A stretch of DNA of 11,140 nt, taken from the NCBI GenBank assembly GCA_041746255.1, contig JBGTHM010000029.1, forward strand, positions 1 to 11,140, read 5' to 3'. The stretch comes from Fibrobacteria bacterium (lineage in GTDB: Bacteria > Fibrobacterota > Fibrobacteria > UBA11236). Shown piece after piece: positions 9,846 through 11,140 of this stretch. A program made the position numbers and the translations under genes. The notes beneath the pieces were generated by a model, which saw only the letters and a program-made list of their open reading frames with translations, ran no database searches and was not told the DNA's origin. Positions within the stretch are counted from its first letter, which is position 1. The number at the start of each line of letters is the position of its first letter.

Positions 9846-9861
9846 CCACAATATATTGTAT
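9846..9861. promoter_or_regulatory. NrdR box (gene-distal) ccACAATATATTGTat
   Basis: The perfect palindromic core ACAATATATTGT (9848-9859) fits the NrdR consensus acaCwAtATaTwGtgt and lies upstream of nrdA. It overlaps a minus-strand TACAAT -10-like hexamer. Confidence 0.9.
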
Positions 9862-10044
9862 ATCAACCACTTATGGAGAGAACTGGAGAATTTGGAGAAA
9901 CCCGGGAAGGTGCAGAGATTGAATACTAGCAATCTTTCTTCGGGCTAGGGGGAGATAGCCTATTCCTTCCCCACCACCGATTTCTGCGCAAAAATGGCAA
10001 TTGCGTGTTCCCGGCTAACCCGAATTTCTACTATTGTTCCTGAA

Positions 10045-10755
10045 ATGCACCAAATTTACCCCATCACACCCCTATCCCCACCCAAATACCCGAAATACGG
10101 TGTATTGGGGCCCCTAATGGCATTTTCGTTCTATTCCCTGTTTTTAGGAGCCTGTGGGGAGGACGTACGCAGCCGTTCCTACACGGAGATAGCGCCAGTC
10201 AGAGCACCCCAGCAATTGGAGGGTGAAATGTCGGGGTCGATGTTGGGCGGAAACCCCGTGGAGATAACCGTGACCTGGGAAGCTCCCGATAGCTGGGTCG
10301 ACAAAGACTCCTCCTCGGCTCTACGTATCGGCAGTTATCTGATTCCGGACCCTGCCTCGTCCCTACCCGTGCAACATATCGACGCTTCTAACCCACGTAA
10401 CATAGACGTTTCGGTGGTACAGTTGGCCGGCTTCGCGGGAGGACTCGAAGATAACGTAATCCGCTGGATGAAGCAAATCGGCATCCTGCTGCCCGACGAC
10501 GATCAGCTGCAGGTATTTCTCGAACAGGCGCAGCGGTTCAGCACCCGCACCGGCCAGGAAGGCATCTACATCGATCTCACCCCGATGCTTTCCGGCGACA
10601 TTACTCAATCCACCGGCATATTCGGGGCCATTATCGCCACCGGAAAATATACGGTGTTCGTGAAAGCCCAAGGCGCTAAGCCCAGGGTCATCGAAGAAAT
10701 ACCCGCCCTGAAGGCCTTCTGTAAGACCCTTGCCATCGAAGACAGCGACATATGA
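10045..10755 (+). CDS. Uncharacterised lipoprotein, translationally coupled to a ResB-like gene
   Basis: Hydrophobic segment GVLGPLMAFSFYSLF plus lipobox LGAC, followed by TWEAPDSW, LRIGSY and DVSVVQLAGFAGGLEDNVIRWMKQIG. The start is uncertain (ATG 9994 or 10045); I prefer 10045 because it gives a more normal signal length. Confidence 0.8.
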   Translation: MHQIYPITPLSPPKYPKYGVLGPLMAFSFYSLFLGACGEDVRSRSYTEIAPVRAPQQLEGEMSGSMLGGNPVEITVTWEAPDSWVDKDSSSALRIGSYLIPDPASSLPVQHIDASNPRNIDVSVVQLAGFAGGLEDNVIRWMKQIGILLPDDDQLQVFLEQAQRFSTRTGQEGIYIDLTPMLSGDITQSTGIFGAIIATGKYTVFVKAQGAKPRVIEEIPALKAFCKTLAIEDSDI

Positions 10756-11140
10756 CTCCTTTGCAATTACGGCGTGCAAAAATCGCCCGGCATCCCGTGA
10801 TGCGCCTGTTGCTTCACCCGGTAATTACCCTGGGCGGCTTGGCCATTCTCTTCGCCCTGATTTTTTTCGGTACCCTTTACCAAACCGAACATGGGCTTCA
10901 TGAGGCCCAGAAGGAGTTCTTCTCCTACGGATTCGCCTGGATAGGCGGCATAATTCCCATACCCGGCGCCTTGCCGGTTCTTTGGATACTTTCCCTTCAG
11001 CTTACGCTGACCATGCTTTTCGTCATGCCTCTGAAGGCTGCCAAATCGGGCTTGTGGATAGTCCATGTCGGGATGCTGGCGCTTATGTTGGGCGGGTTCA
11101 TCACCGAACAAATGGCCGTTGAATCCCACCTCACCCTGGC
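10752..11140 (+). CDS. ResB/Ccs1-like cytochrome c biogenesis (System II) membrane protein, N-terminal part; runs off the window edge
   Basis: Not in the ORF track. Hand translation from ATG 10752 (ATGA overlap with the upstream TGA): MTPLQLRRAKIARHPVMRLLLHPVITLGGLAILFALIFFGTLYQTEHGLHEAQKEFFSYGFAWIGGIIPIPGALPVLWILSLQLTLTMLFVMPLKAAKSGLWIVHVGMLALMLGGFITEQMAVESHLTL. It has three TM helices, GTLYQ after TM1 and the conserved His in GxxxxHxG of TM3, as in ResB/Ccs1. Confidence 0.78.
   Translation, partial: MTPLQLRRAKIARHPVMRLLLHPVITLGGLAILFALIFFGTLYQTEHGLHEAQKEFFSYGFAWIGGIIPIPGALPVLWILSLQLTLTMLFVMPLKAAKSGLWIVHVGMLALMLGGFITEQMAVESHLTL

Noticed and set aside
10767..11129. Minus-strand 120-aa ORF from the track
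   Set aside because: It is the shadow of the + strand ResB-like gene starting at 10752, which has the ATGA overlap and a coherent TM pattern.

Overview
Bacterial chromosomal window, moderately GC-rich, with no mobile element, CRISPR array or rRNA/tRNA that I can see. On the + strand it starts with the C-terminal part of a hybrid histidine kinase (HATPase+REC). A run of minus-strand genes converges on it; in transcription order they are class Ia ribonucleotide reductase nrdA (two ATP cones) and nrdB, an uncharacterised lipoprotein, an EamA/DMT transporter, a sensor-less hybrid histidine kinase and a DAACS (GltP-like) symporter. Divergent from nrdA are a second lipoprotein and, overlapping it by ATGA, the start of a ResB/Ccs1-like cytochrome c biogenesis gene that the ORF track misses. 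Two tandem NrdR boxes precede nrdA. The most notable unannotated element is at 4767-5030: a promoter, an apparently leaderless 43-codon leader ORF with an Ile cluster, and mutually exclusive antiterminator/terminator helices. Together these look like a ribosome-dependent attenuator controlling the EamA transporter. All calls come from reading motifs by eye; no searches or folding computations were run.
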